Source: an uncultured Candidatus Saccharibacteria bacterium (lineage in GTDB: Bacteria; Patescibacteriota; Doudnabacteria; UBA920). Taken from it: a DNA stretch of 64,000 nucleotides. Both the position numbers and the translations under genes were made by a program. The stretch covers positions 1,215 to 65,214 of the forward strand of contig CAZYMS010000001.1 in assembly GCA_964648985.1 (NCBI GenBank), read 5' to 3'. Numbering within the stretch: the first letter of the stretch is position 1; every line of letters begins with the position of its first letter. Positions 49,501-61,400 of the stretch are shown here, piece after piece. Below the pieces are notes generated by a model. It was given only the letters and a program-made list of their open reading frames with translations. It was not told the origin of the DNA and ran no database searches.

Positions 49501-50550
49501 ATGATTCCTGTAATCCTCTGTGGTGGCGTTGGCACTAAAATGTGGCCAGAAAGCCGCCAAGATTCTCCCAAACAGTTCCTACCACTTTTTAATGGTAAAT
49601 CGCTTTTTCAGCTTAATTGGGAAGCACTGCGTTTAAAATTTGCACCAAAAGATATATATATTCAAACAAACGAACTACAGGCACAACTGGCCAGAGAGCA
49701 AGTAAGCGAAATAGTTGAAGAAAATATATTTCTTGAGCCAGAAATGCGGAACCAGGGACCTGCAAGCGGCCTTGCTGCGGCTATGCTATACAAACAGTTT
49801 CCCGATGAGCCGTTTATGATCGTTCAGGCAGATGTATTGCGCCTGCCTAGTAGTAAATTTATTGAAATGATAGAGGTGTGCGACAGACTCGCCAAAGAAA
49901 CTGGAAAATACATTACAGGGGGCATCGCGCCTACGTACGCTGTTATGGGAGTGGACTACTTAGTACCTGGTAAACGTGTATCGGAAGATGGTGAGGTAGG
50001 CGTATACAGCGTAAACAAATTTCTCTGGCGCGCCACAAAAGAAGAAACTAGCAAGTACATTCACGAAGGAGCACTTATCCATGCGAACCACACCTGTATG
50101 ACACCTCGGGCTTTTCTTGAAATGCTTAAAAAATACCGCGCTGACTGGTATGAACCACTCATGCACATGGTTCAAGGAAAAAATATAATCACCGAGTACA
50201 CTAAAATGCCTGCAGGACCCATAGAAGAAGTAACTCAAAAAGTTCACGCAGCGGGCGAGTCTCTAGTAGTACAACTCCCCTTTGATTGGATTGACTTTGG
50301 CACCTGGGAATCGCTCATGAACTTTGCCGCACCGCAAAAAACTACTGATGCCGCCCATATAGAAGAAATAGATTCTTCAAACAACTTCGTACGAGTACAA
50401 AACGGTAAGCAAGTTGCTCTGGTTGGTGTACAAGATTTAATAGTGGTAGATACCGAAGACGCTCTTCTAATTTGTCATAAAAACAAGTCTGGTAAAGTTG
50501 GAGAAATAGTTAATAGCCTAAAAAAACAAGGCAAAGAAAAGCTACTCTAG
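49501..50550 (+). CDS. Mannose-1-phosphate guanylyltransferase (nucleotidyltransferase domain only)
   Basis: N-terminal VILCGGVGTKMWPESRQDSPKQFLPL sugar-nucleotidyltransferase signature. Confidence 0.7.
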   Translation: MIPVILCGGVGTKMWPESRQDSPKQFLPLFNGKSLFQLNWEALRLKFAPKDIYIQTNELQAQLAREQVSEIVEENIFLEPEMRNQGPASGLAAAMLYKQFPDEPFMIVQADVLRLPSSKFIEMIEVCDRLAKETGKYITGGIAPTYAVMGVDYLVPGKRVSEDGEVGVYSVNKFLWRATKEETSKYIHEGALIHANHTCMTPRAFLEMLKKYRADWYEPLMHMVQGKNIITEYTKMPAGPIEEVTQKVHAAGESLVVQLPFDWIDFGTWESLMNFAAPQKTTDAAHIEEIDSSNNFVRVQNGKQVALVGVQDLIVVDTEDALLICHKNKSGKVGEIVNSLKKQGKEKLL

Positions 50551-50564
50551 TAGTAAATGAAGAT

Positions 50565-50600
50565 AATAAATACACCCCTCGTATGAGGGGTGTATTTATT
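50565..50600. terminator. 16-bp perfect palindromic hairpin (AATAAATACACCCCTC-GTAT-GAGGGGTGTATTTATT) between convergent genes
   Basis: Read directly. Overlaps the stop region of the YbaK-like gene. Confidence 0.6.
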
Positions 50601-51105
50601 TAGATACAGAAAAATTGAAAACTAAATCTGGTGTAACGATTTTAAAATAATCTTCAGATGAGAGACTTATGCTTGTATCTAATTTCGCGGCATTGAACGC
50701 AATACGGGGAAAATTTTTAAGCGACTCAGAAACGTATAATTTTTGCACTTTATCAAAAATTTGATTACCAAAGGGCGGCATACAACCTGGCACCACACCT
50801 GCAATATCGACAAGCTCTTCTTTGGTAGAAAAACGAAACTGTTTTAATTCAGGTAGTCCACTCTTTAATTTTACCTTATCTATAACATGCGTACCGGGCA
50901 AAACAAACACCACAAATTCACTTCCACTTTTAAAATCCACCTTGCACAGCAAAGCTTTCGCGCCCACAGCATCGGGCATACCAGCCTCTTTGCGAACACG
51001 CGCAGACTCTTCGCTCGTGCGACATTCGGGATGAGAATATACGAAGTATTCTATGCCGGCAACGATAAACAATTGCTGTATTTTTTGAAATGCAATTTCA
51101 TTCAT
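50596..51105 (-). CDS. YbaK/ProX-type aminoacyl-tRNA deacylase domain protein
   Basis: Size and central/C-terminal blocks resemble the YbaK family. Only moderate similarity by eye. Confidence 0.45.
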   Translation of the reverse strand: MNEIAFQKIQQLFIVAGIEYFVYSHPECRTSEESARVRKEAGMPDAVGAKALLCKVDFKSGSEFVVFVLPGTHVIDKVKLKSGLPELKQFRFSTKEELVDIAGVVPGCMPPFGNQIFDKVQKLYVSESLKNFPRIAFNAAKLDTSISLSSEDYFKIVTPDLVFNFSVSK

Positions 51106-51145
51106 ATAGTAGCGTGATATATAGGCCTTATACGGCTATATATCC

Positions 51146-52237
51146 CTATGCCTTATATTCTTCTTCCTGTGCGCTCGGGGTTAAAGTAACGTGCTGCGCT
51201 GCCATTTCAAGTGGGTGGGTGGTAGTAATAAAAGTTTGGAACTTTCCTTGCAGAAACTTAAGCAAGAAGGTACGACGCTGCTCGTCGAGTTCAGACAACA
51301 CATCATCAAGGAGCAGCACAGGCTTGTCTTCTCCTTTACTTAGATACTCAAGCTCAAGAACTTTAAGAGAAAGAATCTGACTACGAAGCTCACCGCGCGA
51401 AGAAAACGGGGAAAGAAATAAGCCATCGCTCTTTAAATTAAAATCATCACGGTGCGGTCCAACAAGGCTCGTAGAAAGCATAATTTCTCGTTGCGTTTGG
51501 TCCGCGAGTAGCTTACGGAGCGCAGCCTCAACCTCTTCCATGGTAGACCCTGGAAGAGTTGCGTATTCTACTTCAACTGGACGGTGGAAACCTGAGATGT
51601 TGCTGTAGATATCGGCAAAGTGTTGATTCAGGAAACTGATAAAACGTTTCCTATGCATAATTATAGGGACACCCAATTTTACTATTTGCTCATTCCAAGC
51701 AATCAGATCGTCGTGAGAGGCTGCCCCACCTCGAATCTGCTGCAATACTCTATTTTTCTGACTTAGTACTTTTTTATAATTTGCAATATCTTCCAAATAC
51801 TGTACGTCTTTCTGTGAAAGGACCATGTTCAAATACCGGCGTCTGCTTTCCGGACTTGCTGTAAACAGGGCAACATCCTCAGGCTCAAAGATAACTACAT
51901 TCAAAAACCCTTGCACTTCTCGGCGGCGCTTTACGACTCCATCCAATTTAAAGTTAGCGTAAATTTTATCCCGCTGTTCTAAAAATATTTCAATAGTATG
52001 GTCCTGCCCTCTGCGCTCCACCACTACACGCACTTCAGCGGTAGTAGTATTCTTCATGAAAATAAACTCTGAATCATCACGAAATGACTTAAATAGGGAC
52101 GCGAAATAAACGGACTCGAGCAAATTAGTCTTACCAACTGCATTTGGCCCCGACAATACTACTAAATCACTCGTAATATCGAGCTGTAATTCTGGGTAAT
52201 TTCGAAAATTCTTGATGGATATCTGTTTAACTCTCAT
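51146..52237 (-). CDS. recF: DNA replication and repair protein RecF
   Basis: Walker A LSGPNAVGKTNLLE, the ABC-like signature region and a Walker B LLLDDVLSELD. Start at MRVKQISIKNF. Confidence 0.85.
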   Translation of the reverse strand: MRVKQISIKNFRNYPELQLDITSDLVVLSGPNAVGKTNLLESVYFASLFKSFRDDSEFIFMKNTTTAEVRVVVERRGQDHTIEIFLEQRDKIYANFKLDGVVKRRREVQGFLNVVIFEPEDVALFTASPESRRRYLNMVLSQKDVQYLEDIANYKKVLSQKNRVLQQIRGGAASHDDLIAWNEQIVKLGVPIIMHRKRFISFLNQHFADIYSNISGFHRPVEVEYATLPGSTMEEVEAALRKLLADQTQREIMLSTSLVGPHRDDFNLKSDGLFLSPFSSRGELRSQILSLKVLELEYLSKGEDKPVLLLDDVLSELDEQRRTFLLKFLQGKFQTFITTTHPLEMAAQHVTLTPSAQEEEYKA

Positions 52238-52345
52238 ATTGTAAATATATAGCATGTCCGAAACAACGAATATACCCGAACCCACGAATATCAACGAATT
52301 GAATTCGTAGTTATTCGTGGATTCGCCCATTCGTAGATTCGGATA

Positions 52346-53452
52346 TTATGTTTTAATGGGCATTACAAGATATATATAATTTTTATCCTCTGGGCTTTGC
52401 AATATTACGGGCGTGGTTGGATTGTTTAGCTTAATATGCACGCTCTGAGAAGTCAAAAACTGAAGCATATCGAGAAGATACTTATGATTAAACAAAATAG
52501 TATCTTCTCCCCCAGTTACTTCAGCTGCAACCTCTACAGTACCCTCTCCTGCATCTTGAGAACGGGCCGAAAGCGTCAACCCACCCCCCGGGCTATACAC
52601 AACGGATATACCGCTTGCACTCTTAGCAAACACAGAAACAGCCTTAAGTGCTGAAATTAATTCAGTACGAGAAGCTGTGATTGAAACTGTGAATTCTTTG
52701 GGGATAATTGCTTCATACTCTGGGTAGCGGGCATCCACCAAACGGGTTGTAATTATAGTTTCATTAACTGAAAAAACTGCTTGATTATCACCAATATTAA
52801 CCTTAAACTCACCGTTTGAATTATGCAAAAGACGGAGCACCTCGCTCGCAGCCCTGGCGGGGATAATAATACTGAAATTGGGGAAAACTTCAGCACCAAC
52901 CTTAAGCACCACCTTACTTTCAGCAAGCCTGTACCTGTCAGTGCCTGCAAGTACAATTTCGTTCTGACCTGAGCGGGTCATAAATACTCCACACAGCTCA
53001 ATTTGCGTTTCATTTGTCGACACCGCAAATAGAACGCCCTCTAACGCATGGAAAAAGTCCTGAGAAGGTAGGGAAATGGCATTCTCGCTTACTGTATCGT
53101 TAATGACTGGAAAATCTTCCGCAGGGACCGTTTTAAGCACTGTACGGTACTTCCCTACTGAGAGTCTTAGACCTTCTGTAACTGTTTCCAATGTAACGGG
53201 CTCTCCTGGAAGATTATTTACCACTTCAACCAAAAGTCGTGCTGGCAGGCATACAACACCATCTTCTTCAACTTTGCAGCGAACAAACTGAGATATCCCT
53301 ATTTCTAGATTTGTAGCACTTATTTTTAACAGACCATTCTGTGTTTGAAGCAGTACATTTCCTAGTACGGCCAAAGTACTACTAGCAGCCACTGCCCTAC
53401 TACAGACGGCAAGTGCATTTTTTAGATTTTCTTGCACCACAACAATTCTCAT
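52346..53452 (-). CDS. dnaN: DNA polymerase III beta sliding clamp
   Basis: Three-domain beta-clamp collinearity (N-terminal ...LAVLGNVLLQ...). Position between dnaA and recF. Confidence 0.85.
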   Translation of the reverse strand: MRIVVVQENLKNALAVCSRAVAASSTLAVLGNVLLQTQNGLLKISATNLEIGISQFVRCKVEEDGVVCLPARLLVEVVNNLPGEPVTLETVTEGLRLSVGKYRTVLKTVPAEDFPVINDTVSENAISLPSQDFFHALEGVLFAVSTNETQIELCGVFMTRSGQNEIVLAGTDRYRLAESKVVLKVGAEVFPNFSIIIPARAASEVLRLLHNSNGEFKVNIGDNQAVFSVNETIITTRLVDARYPEYEAIIPKEFTVSITASRTELISALKAVSVFAKSASGISVVYSPGGGLTLSARSQDAGEGTVEVAAEVTGGEDTILFNHKYLLDMLQFLTSQSVHIKLNNPTTPVILQSPEDKNYIYLVMPIKT

Positions 53453-53503
53453 AGATTATTATTAAATAAATATATAAATAAATTAGTAATAGTAATAAGG
53501 GCG

Positions 53504-53697
53504 GTGGATATGTGGACAAACCGGAATAGAATCAAGAATTATGAATTAAGAATTAAGCGAAAACATATTTTTTATCGACAATGAGTTCGAACAACTTGTG
53601 TATAGTCCGTGTGAGTAAATGGGGAAAAGTGCGGACTTTGTCTTTGGGGCATGAGTTATCAACCACCTATTAGGGGTTTGTACTGTGCTTTTCCACA
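53504..53697. promoter_or_regulatory. Cluster of DnaA-box-like 9-mers in the dnaA-dnaN intergenic region
   Basis: tgtggacaa and gtggatat (overlapping, 53504-53519), ttatcgaca (53572-53580), ttttccaca (53689-53697). Each is one mismatch or fewer from TTATCCACA. Confidence 0.45.
53529..53560. repeat. Degenerate heptamer array (GAATAGA/ATCAAGA/ATTATGA/ATTAAGA/ATTAAGC) upstream of dnaN
   Basis: Read directly. The reverse complement matches the TTAATTCTTAATTCAT motif at 19609. Confidence 0.55.
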
Positions 53698-53731
53698 AGA
53701 TATTTCTTATGCTTGATTCATGATTCTAGTC

Positions 53732-55093
53732 TTATGTCGTATAAAGTTTATCCAAGATAAGGTCTACTTCTTGTTTGAATGATTCTTTTTCCGTAAGCAT
53801 GTTTTGGATTTTTTCTACTGCATGCATTACGGTCGTATGATCTCTCCCCCCAAAGAACTCTCCTATACTGGGAAATGAGCTGGAAAGCTCTTGTCTGGCA
53901 AGAAACATAGCTATTTGTCGCGGTTTTACGAATTCTTGTCTGCGAGACTGTTTTATGAGGTCTTCACCGGTTACGTTATAGAATTCAGCCACTAAGGAAA
54001 CTATCTTTTTTACCGTAACGCCTTTTTTCTTATTATTCATCATGCCCTGAAGCATGCTTTGAGCTTGTTCAAGACTTACAATGCGGTTTTCCATGTCTTG
54101 AAATACCAACAGCCTGTTAAGTGCTCCTTCAAGCTCACGTACATTGCTTTGGATATTTTCGGCAATATAATAGACTATTTCTTCCGGTAGGTTGGTTCCA
54201 CGTTTTAAAAGTTTGGTTCGGAGAATTGCCATGCGGGTTTCTAGGTCCGGAGCTTGGATATCTGCGACCATCCCCCACTCAAAACGGCTTACGAGCCTTG
54301 CCTCAATTGCTGGTATTTCCTTTGGCAGGCGGTCTGCAGTAATTATTATCTGCTTACCTTTATCCCTGAGTTCATTAAAGGTATGAAAGAATTCTTCTTG
54401 CGTTCCCTCTTTTCCCGCAATAAACTGGATATCGTCTATAAGAAGCATGTCTACGGTGCGGTAATGCTGCTTAAAATCATCCATTTTTTTGGTGGAGATT
54501 GCATTTATGTAGTCGTTGGTGAATTTTTCACTCGTCAAATATAAGACTTTTGCCCGTGGATTTTCTGAAATAAGCTTGTTGGCAACTGCATGCATAAGGT
54601 GAGTTTTGCCAAGACCTACTCCCCCGTAGATGAATAATGGGTTGTATTGGGTCCCTGGGTTCTTGGCAACTGCAAGGCTTGCGGCGTGCGCAAGTTCGTT
54701 GTTTTTGCCTATGATGAATGTGTCAAAAACGTACTTAGGGTTAATGTTCGATTGAGCAGTATTTGTAACTTGGGTCGGATATGCTGGAGCTGTTTGGAGG
54801 GGGTCGCTTGGTTGCAGATTTTGAGTAGGTGTGGGTGAGGTTTTCACAATTGTTCCTACTTGGTACTTGATAGTTTTTATTTCCGGAGCAATACCTTTTA
54901 GTGCTTTAAGCATTTCAGTATTGTATTTGCTCGCTATCCAGTCGCGATGGTATGTGGAAGGGACTGCAACAGTAATATTATCGTCAGTTTTTTCAATAAT
55001 ATGGGTATTTTTAAGCCAAGTATTAAAATTTGCTTTAGATAGTGATACTTCTAGATGGCCCAAAATTGCTTGCCAGATCTGTTGGTTGTTCAT
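53732..55093 (-). CDS. dnaA: Chromosomal replication initiator protein DnaA
   Basis: AAA+ Walker A GGVGLGKTHLMHAV, sensor blocks, C-terminal DNA-binding domain ...FGGRDHTTVMHA. Confidence 0.95.
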   Translation of the reverse strand: MNNQQIWQAILGHLEVSLSKANFNTWLKNTHIIEKTDDNITVAVPSTYHRDWIASKYNTEMLKALKGIAPEIKTIKYQVGTIVKTSPTPTQNLQPSDPLQTAPAYPTQVTNTAQSNINPKYVFDTFIIGKNNELAHAASLAVAKNPGTQYNPLFIYGGVGLGKTHLMHAVANKLISENPRAKVLYLTSEKFTNDYINAISTKKMDDFKQHYRTVDMLLIDDIQFIAGKEGTQEEFFHTFNELRDKGKQIIITADRLPKEIPAIEARLVSRFEWGMVADIQAPDLETRMAILRTKLLKRGTNLPEEIVYYIAENIQSNVRELEGALNRLLVFQDMENRIVSLEQAQSMLQGMMNNKKKGVTVKKIVSLVAEFYNVTGEDLIKQSRRQEFVKPRQIAMFLARQELSSSFPSIGEFFGGRDHTTVMHAVEKIQNMLTEKESFKQEVDLILDKLYTT

Positions 55094-55443
55094 AAAAAAG
55101 AGTACATACGTAATTAAGGGTAATGAATTAAGTAAAAATACCTTTATTTATTACGTAATACTTACTTGCTTGATTCTGATTTACTTATCTTATCAAGGTA
55201 GTTATCAACATGCTAGCAGGCAATAATACTGCTTATATAAGCGGATTAGGTGTTTAACTGTTGATTGCCTGTGGATTACTTGTGATTTTTGTGGATATTG
55301 ATAGTGAATAATGGGTTAATGAGTTTAACCTGTTTGGTTATTTATAGGTATTTATATATAGATATAGTATGTTGATAGCAATGAGTATTATCAAATCCTA
55401 TAAAGCAATCTAATACATAATGAATTAACGATATATAGTCTAT
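55094..55443. promoter_or_regulatory. Candidate oriC segment upstream of dnaA: DnaA boxes plus AT-rich unwinding region
   Basis: ttatcaaca (55202-55210), tgtggatta (55270-55278) and tgtggatat (55290-55298), each one mismatch from the consensus, followed by a very AT-rich stretch at about 55300-55440. Confidence 0.45.
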
Positions 55444-55469
55444 AAAAACCCCTTATTTAAGGGGTTTTT
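55444..55469. terminator. Bidirectional terminator (A5, CCCCTTA-TT-TAAGGGG, T5) after the giant gene
   Basis: Hairpin flanked by A and T runs, 8 bp 3' of the giant ORF stop. Confidence 0.6.
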
Positions 55470-55476
55470 ATATCAA

Positions 55477-58400
55477 CTATTCAGTTACTATCTCGGGTTC
55501 CGGGTCAACTGCGGGGGTAGGTTCGGGGGCCGGTGTTTCACTTTCTGCGCCATCACCACCTTCCTCAGTGGTGGGGGATGGAGGGTCTGTTTGGTGTGTA
55601 TTTTCTGGTGGGGTATTGTTTTGTACTACTGGTGCCTGCTGAACGATTTGTGTTACTTGCTGGAAAGTGGACAAAAGCATGACCCGAATAGAGCCTGTAT
55701 TGTCGGGGGTGCTATCTAGAGAAATTCCAAATACTTGACCCTGGGCTTCCGATGGAAGCTTTGCAGCTTTTCCAGCAAAGGTTGATGCAGTAAGCTTGTC
55801 GCCTAGAGATACGCTCCCATTCACAAATACCTTTTTGTAGGTTCCTGTTATGACGATGCTTACATATTCACCTGGTTTAATAGTTGTTGGGTCGTCTGTA
55901 ATAGGGGAGTCAGGGCTTATATTAAAGTCTGAAAGGTTGCGGTCTGCTACGCCAACAATAATTGTGTTTGCACCTGCTACTGCTTTTGCAATGGTGAGAG
56001 TGGGTTGGTCACCCAGTATTGGTTCCTCTGTTGCGCCAGTAAGCATAAGTAAGTCCCCTTGGTGTATGGTTTCGTTGCTGGTATTCTTTGCCACTATTGC
56101 GGTAGAACCTAATATTCTACCAAGCACAGCAACGTCTTTCTTTACAACCAAGGTGCCCGTGAGTATGGCAGTGCCTTTGGTGTTTATGGTAAAGAGGGAA
56201 GTATCTGCATTGGTTATTTCCAGTACTATGCCACTTGCGAGGTTTGCATTAATATGAACGGTACCATCGTTTGCCACGAGGAAGTTGTCCATGCCGTCCT
56301 TTTGTAGCTGTAAGAGATTACCACTATCCTTTTGATTTATTATGAACGAAGTATCGTGGCCTTCAATTGTTCCGCCGCCAACTTCATTTATTACCTGTCC
56401 ATCTTGTTCTCCAACAGTAAAGGTAAATGATGGTTTGGAGACATTGCCTTTAGGGTCTTGAATAAGAGAGGTGTTGTTTAATTCTTTGGTTGCATTTACC
56501 AAAGCAGCAAGGATTGGGCGGTCCGATAGAGATAGATAACCTTGTGGGTCAGTATCTACTGCCTCAGGGATTGCTGTTTGGATATTCTGAGCGCTGAATC
56601 CAGCATTAAGGAAAGTTTGGTCTAGGCCTGATAGAGCGTTCCAGCGATAGAGGATCGGATCTATTGCCATTATTGACGAAAGGCCGCGGTCAAATGCTCC
56701 TTGTACATCTTTTAGTCGAATATCAGAAGAGCTGGTAAGGTTCCCCGATGCATCTGAGCTCACAGTACCAGTGCCGAAAGCGTGGATACGGAAACCACCT
56801 GCTCCGGAAATGGTTACACGTTGGTTTACGCCATTTGTGAAGAACGCTATGGGGGCGTTGGCTCCATTGTAGAAGTTAAGCGAATTGGCGCCTCCAAAAG
56901 TCGTTTCAGTTGAGCTACTGTAAATCATCTGTCCGCCATATGCATTTGAATCATTTCCCAAGGCGATACGTGCGCTCGCGGAAGATCCGGAATTGTTATT
57001 ATAGACTCTGAGAATGCTATAGGTATTTTGACTCTTTTGAATATCTACCGTGCTTAGCGAATCAGGGGCGGCCGTTCCTATTCCAACTCGACCATCGTTT
57101 TGGATTATCAGTCCCGGGCTGTTTGATGAGTCAATTACGCTTAGTAATGCCGGTAACTTATCTGGGGTGGTGTCATTAGCGTTGTTAGAGAAAGCAGTGT
57201 CAACCGTCAGTGAGGTATCGGACGCAATAGCAGTAACCGTCCTGGTTTCTCCGGTAACTGTGATGCGGTCGCCCACGGCCAATTCAGTAAGAAACGCAGT
57301 GCCGCTGCCAGTAACTGTAGTTGATGCAGCTGGGTCGATATCTCCGGTTAGCTCAGATGTGGCATTTGCTTTAATATTTGCGGATCCGATGAGCCGCAAG
57401 CCTGGTTGACTAGTCACGTTGGAGATTGTTGCAAAATTGGTGCTTACGTCGCTAAATCTATATCTTGCTCCTGTTGTTACTCCACCTGTGCTGAAATCGA
57501 ATCCGCTTACGTTGCTTGTGGCGATTGAACCGTAGGTGTCGTATGCTTCATTGAATGTTTTAATATGATACGGAGCATATCCCACATCGCTTAATGAGCG
57601 TATATACATACCAGTGGTGTAACCGCTTGCTGCAGCATCCCATCCGTCAAAGTTGAAAGTGAATGCGTTTGATGTTGCGCTTTCACCACCCCCGACTGAT
57701 TCGCGGCTGTTGACTACTAGGCCCATGCTAGCGTTCGTGTTGCCCCTTGAGCCGTTACGCACGTATATACCTGCGGTCGACTGTTTTTCCAGTTGTGCTC
57801 CCCAAGCATAGTAGGCAGTAGTACCGTTGTTGATTATGAATGTTACTGTGCCGGTTGAAGAACCGTTAAAGGCTTGGGTAACGGTAAAGCGTTGCCAGCT
57901 AGTAGTAACTGTCACCGTGTTGGCGGTACCGGTTTGGTTCCCGGAGTCTAGTCGTAAGTTTACCGTGCCGGAGCCGGATGACTTTTTGAGCCACACAGAA
58001 CCTGTCCAGGTGGTGCTGGTAGAAGAAGTAGAGAGCCAGTCTGCTTGTTTTACGTTATCGGTAGAGCTTCCACCTGCGCCAATTGTGTCCGCAGTTGTGT
58101 AGCCGTCCGGTCCTGTGGTGCTGTTGGCGGTTATGCTGACACCTGTTTTGGTCCACGCGGCATTGTCTAATTCTTCCGTGTATTTTATACGATTTTCGCT
58201 TCTGCCAAATCCACCCTGTGGCGAGTACATATATCCAGAGTCCAAAAGCAGGTCTGATCCATCCCCTAAGTTTAATCTTTCAGATGGGGTTGTTTTTGCG
58301 ACACCTATATTACCGCCGGCAAATATTGCTGCGTAGTTCGTATCTCCGGAAGTTGGTTCTTCCACGTAGAGTCCAATCTTGGTGGTTGTGCCTGTGCTGT

Positions 58401-61400
58401 GGGTGTTTGAGTTGGCTATGTAAGCACCATAAGAGTTAAGTGTGCCTCCTGTAGTGAGCCTTCCGTTGGCTTGCGCGAATATACCATAAGAATTTACTGT
58501 TGCGCCGGTAGTGGAATCACTCGAAGTTGGTAAGAAATATCCGCCGTATATATTGGTTGTTCCACCGTTGCTGGCACCCGTGCTGCTGCTAGGGGCAGAG
58601 TAAATACCGTATATGTCCCTAGTATTTGCGGATATGGCACCTGTTGCGTTGGCTGAGAAATATCCGCCATAGAGGGCATATGAATTGCTGGTAGAGTCAG
58701 ATGTGACGTTGGAATACAATCCATAACCAGTTTTGCCTCCGTTTCCTGTCATAGTTAGATTGCTTTGCAAGTTGTAATTTGTTTTATTCGTAGCCGTGCT
58801 GTCGGTTCCGTCAATTTTTATGCCGTATCCGGTGCTAGTACTGCCGGAATAGTCTGGTGCAAAGTAGGCGAGTACGCCGGCAGTACTACCACTTCCTACA
58901 TCCGAAACGACTTTCATAAAACCAGAAGATGTCCCTGTGATAACCCCGGTGGACGTCGGACCAGTAAGTGAAAGGGCGGACCCGGTTGTTAGAGAAGTCA
59001 TGGATATTGCCTGACCAATGCCCACCGTTGAAGAGTTTGCCGCTAAGTTGATAAACGTGGCCGCACCTGTGGTGGAAGTAGAGCTAAGGTTAATAAGGCT
59101 GCCGGTGAATCCGGTGGTGGTTCCGGTCTGGGCAATGTCAATGTATTTAGCCGAGGTTTGGCTTGCGCCGTTGGCTGCGATAGACATCATGGTGCCGGAT
59201 GTAAGGCTGTTGCTGTTGAAGGCAAGGAGTCCGGTCCCCGTGTAAGCGCCACCATTTGCGCTAATGTTCAGTGCGGTACCGGTAGATGCTGTGCCCATCA
59301 CTAATCCCATAAGTTGGCCACCTGCCATAGATCCACCACCAGTGACCTGAATACCGGTACCGCTGGTAATGCCGGTGGTTGATATATTTAAGGCTGTGCC
59401 TGTAAAGCTGGCTGTATTATTTGTAAGGTTTACTAAGGTGCCCGCAGTAGAAGCGGACGAGGTGACATTGAGCAACCCTCCGGTAGAGGTGTATGCTCCG
59501 CTGTGGCTGATTTGTACTAAACCATTTGCGATAGCCGAAGTTCCCGAAGCAGACACTTTCAAAGCGGCGCCGCTTGTAATACCTGAGCCAGCAGCTATGT
59601 TTGTAATTGTACCGGTTGTTATGCCGGTGCCAGACACGCTTTGTACAACACCGCCTGTGGTTGCGTTGCCTGTGACGTTGAGTAGGCCGCCGCTGCCAGT
59701 GTATGCCCCACTTGCCGTGAGTTGTACTATACCGTTTGTTACTGCGCCAGTGGTGGCGGAAGTAACTTTTAAGGCTGAGCCGGATGTAAGGCCGGTAGCA
59801 GAAGAGGTGATAGAGAGGTTGTCTGTTGTGGTGGTAGCACCCCAGTCTAATGTTTGGGTAGTAGTGCCCATGTTTATGGCGCCATTGCCGCTGGGGTCGC
59901 CAATAGCGTCAAATGCCGTTGCCGCACCCGCGCAGCCTGTACAAGAAGTAACCGTTAAGGCGCCACCACTGGTAAGTTTTGCGACACTTGTATTTGCGAC
60001 TTGGAAGTCGAAAAAGTTACCCGTAAAGCTTGCAGGATTGGCCCCGATGTATGTTCCGTTGGTCGAGCCGCTGGAAAGAGCTGTGTTTGAAAGATTGAAT
60101 AATGCATGCGTTGCAGAGGCGTTTATAGCCGTACTAATAGAAAGGGGGTCTACCGGGGTGCCCGTGCCAATGCCAAGCCCTGTCGAGTTCCAAATTCCCG
60201 TGGTTGAGTTGTTAACGCTGAAGGTAATGTTGCCACCGCTTGATCCAGAAACACCAGCTCTTAATAGAAGGTTGCTTGCGCCGCTGTCTCCATTGTTTCC
60301 AACTGAGACAGTTGCCGCTGGTTGGTACCAATAGCCAGAAGTGGCACTAAAATTGGTAATGCCTTGACCGATTGTAGAAATACCACCGGCCTCATTTAGG
60401 CTAAATGCAGTTGTTCCATTAAGTTTTACATCTATTATTCTTCCGTTAAACCCGCTTGGTGCGTTTATACCAAGACCTGTGCCGCTTGTGGACCACCCGG
60501 TAGACGTCGCTCCGCTTGCTTCGACTAAGAGTTGGGGTTTGGTGGTGGTTGAGTCACCACCAGTGAACCACGAGCCACTTAATTTGGCTCCTGGGTTGGA
60601 TGCTGCACCGTTCGATCCAATGTGTAAGAAAGCGGTAGGGGAGGTGGTCCCTATTCCAACATTGCCACCAGTAAATACTGCTCCATAATTGTTGGTTGCG
60701 CCGGTTGGAGCATCAATATATAGCCCATATCCGTTGGTTACGGCGCCTGAACCAGTAGTAAGGTCTGCCGTGCCAATTCTGAGCCCTACCGCATTGGTAA
60801 TGGCTACGCCAGTAGAACCGGCTGCTATGGGAGCAGAAGAAATAGTTACGCTGTTTGCGTTAGTAATCGCGACTTGTGTTGCGTCATTGTCTTGTATGGT
60901 AGGCGCGTTAAATAAGAAGCTGTCCATTGCAGTAGTAACAGCAGTAGAGCCAGTAAGCGTAATAGTAGGGGAGGTAAAGGTCCCCGTCGTATACTCTGCG
61001 CTTGTCGCGCTTGCGACGGTTTGGGCTGGGGCGACGACATGTAAAGCGGAGCTGGGGTTAGTGATGCCAATGCCGATTTCTCCCGCAAAATAGCTGTCAG
61101 AAGTTGAGGAGCTGTATATGCTGTAATTTCCAGTAGCGGGTACACTAGAACCTAAAACCAGGTTAATGTAGTCTGAGGCACTCGTAGAAGCATACGCGTG
61201 CAAACCTACATTGAGCACCCCGCCACCTGCTACAGTAGCCTGGAATTGACCTGCTATATTTGTATACGCATTGTTTGCTATTGCGTACAGACCTATGTTC
61301 GTATTGTCAGTCCCGCTAGTGCTGTTGGCAAAGTACCCAGTATAGGTAGTTTGGTTGTTAGCACTCGTGCCAGCAGAAGAAACATTTAATGCCTTTTGAG

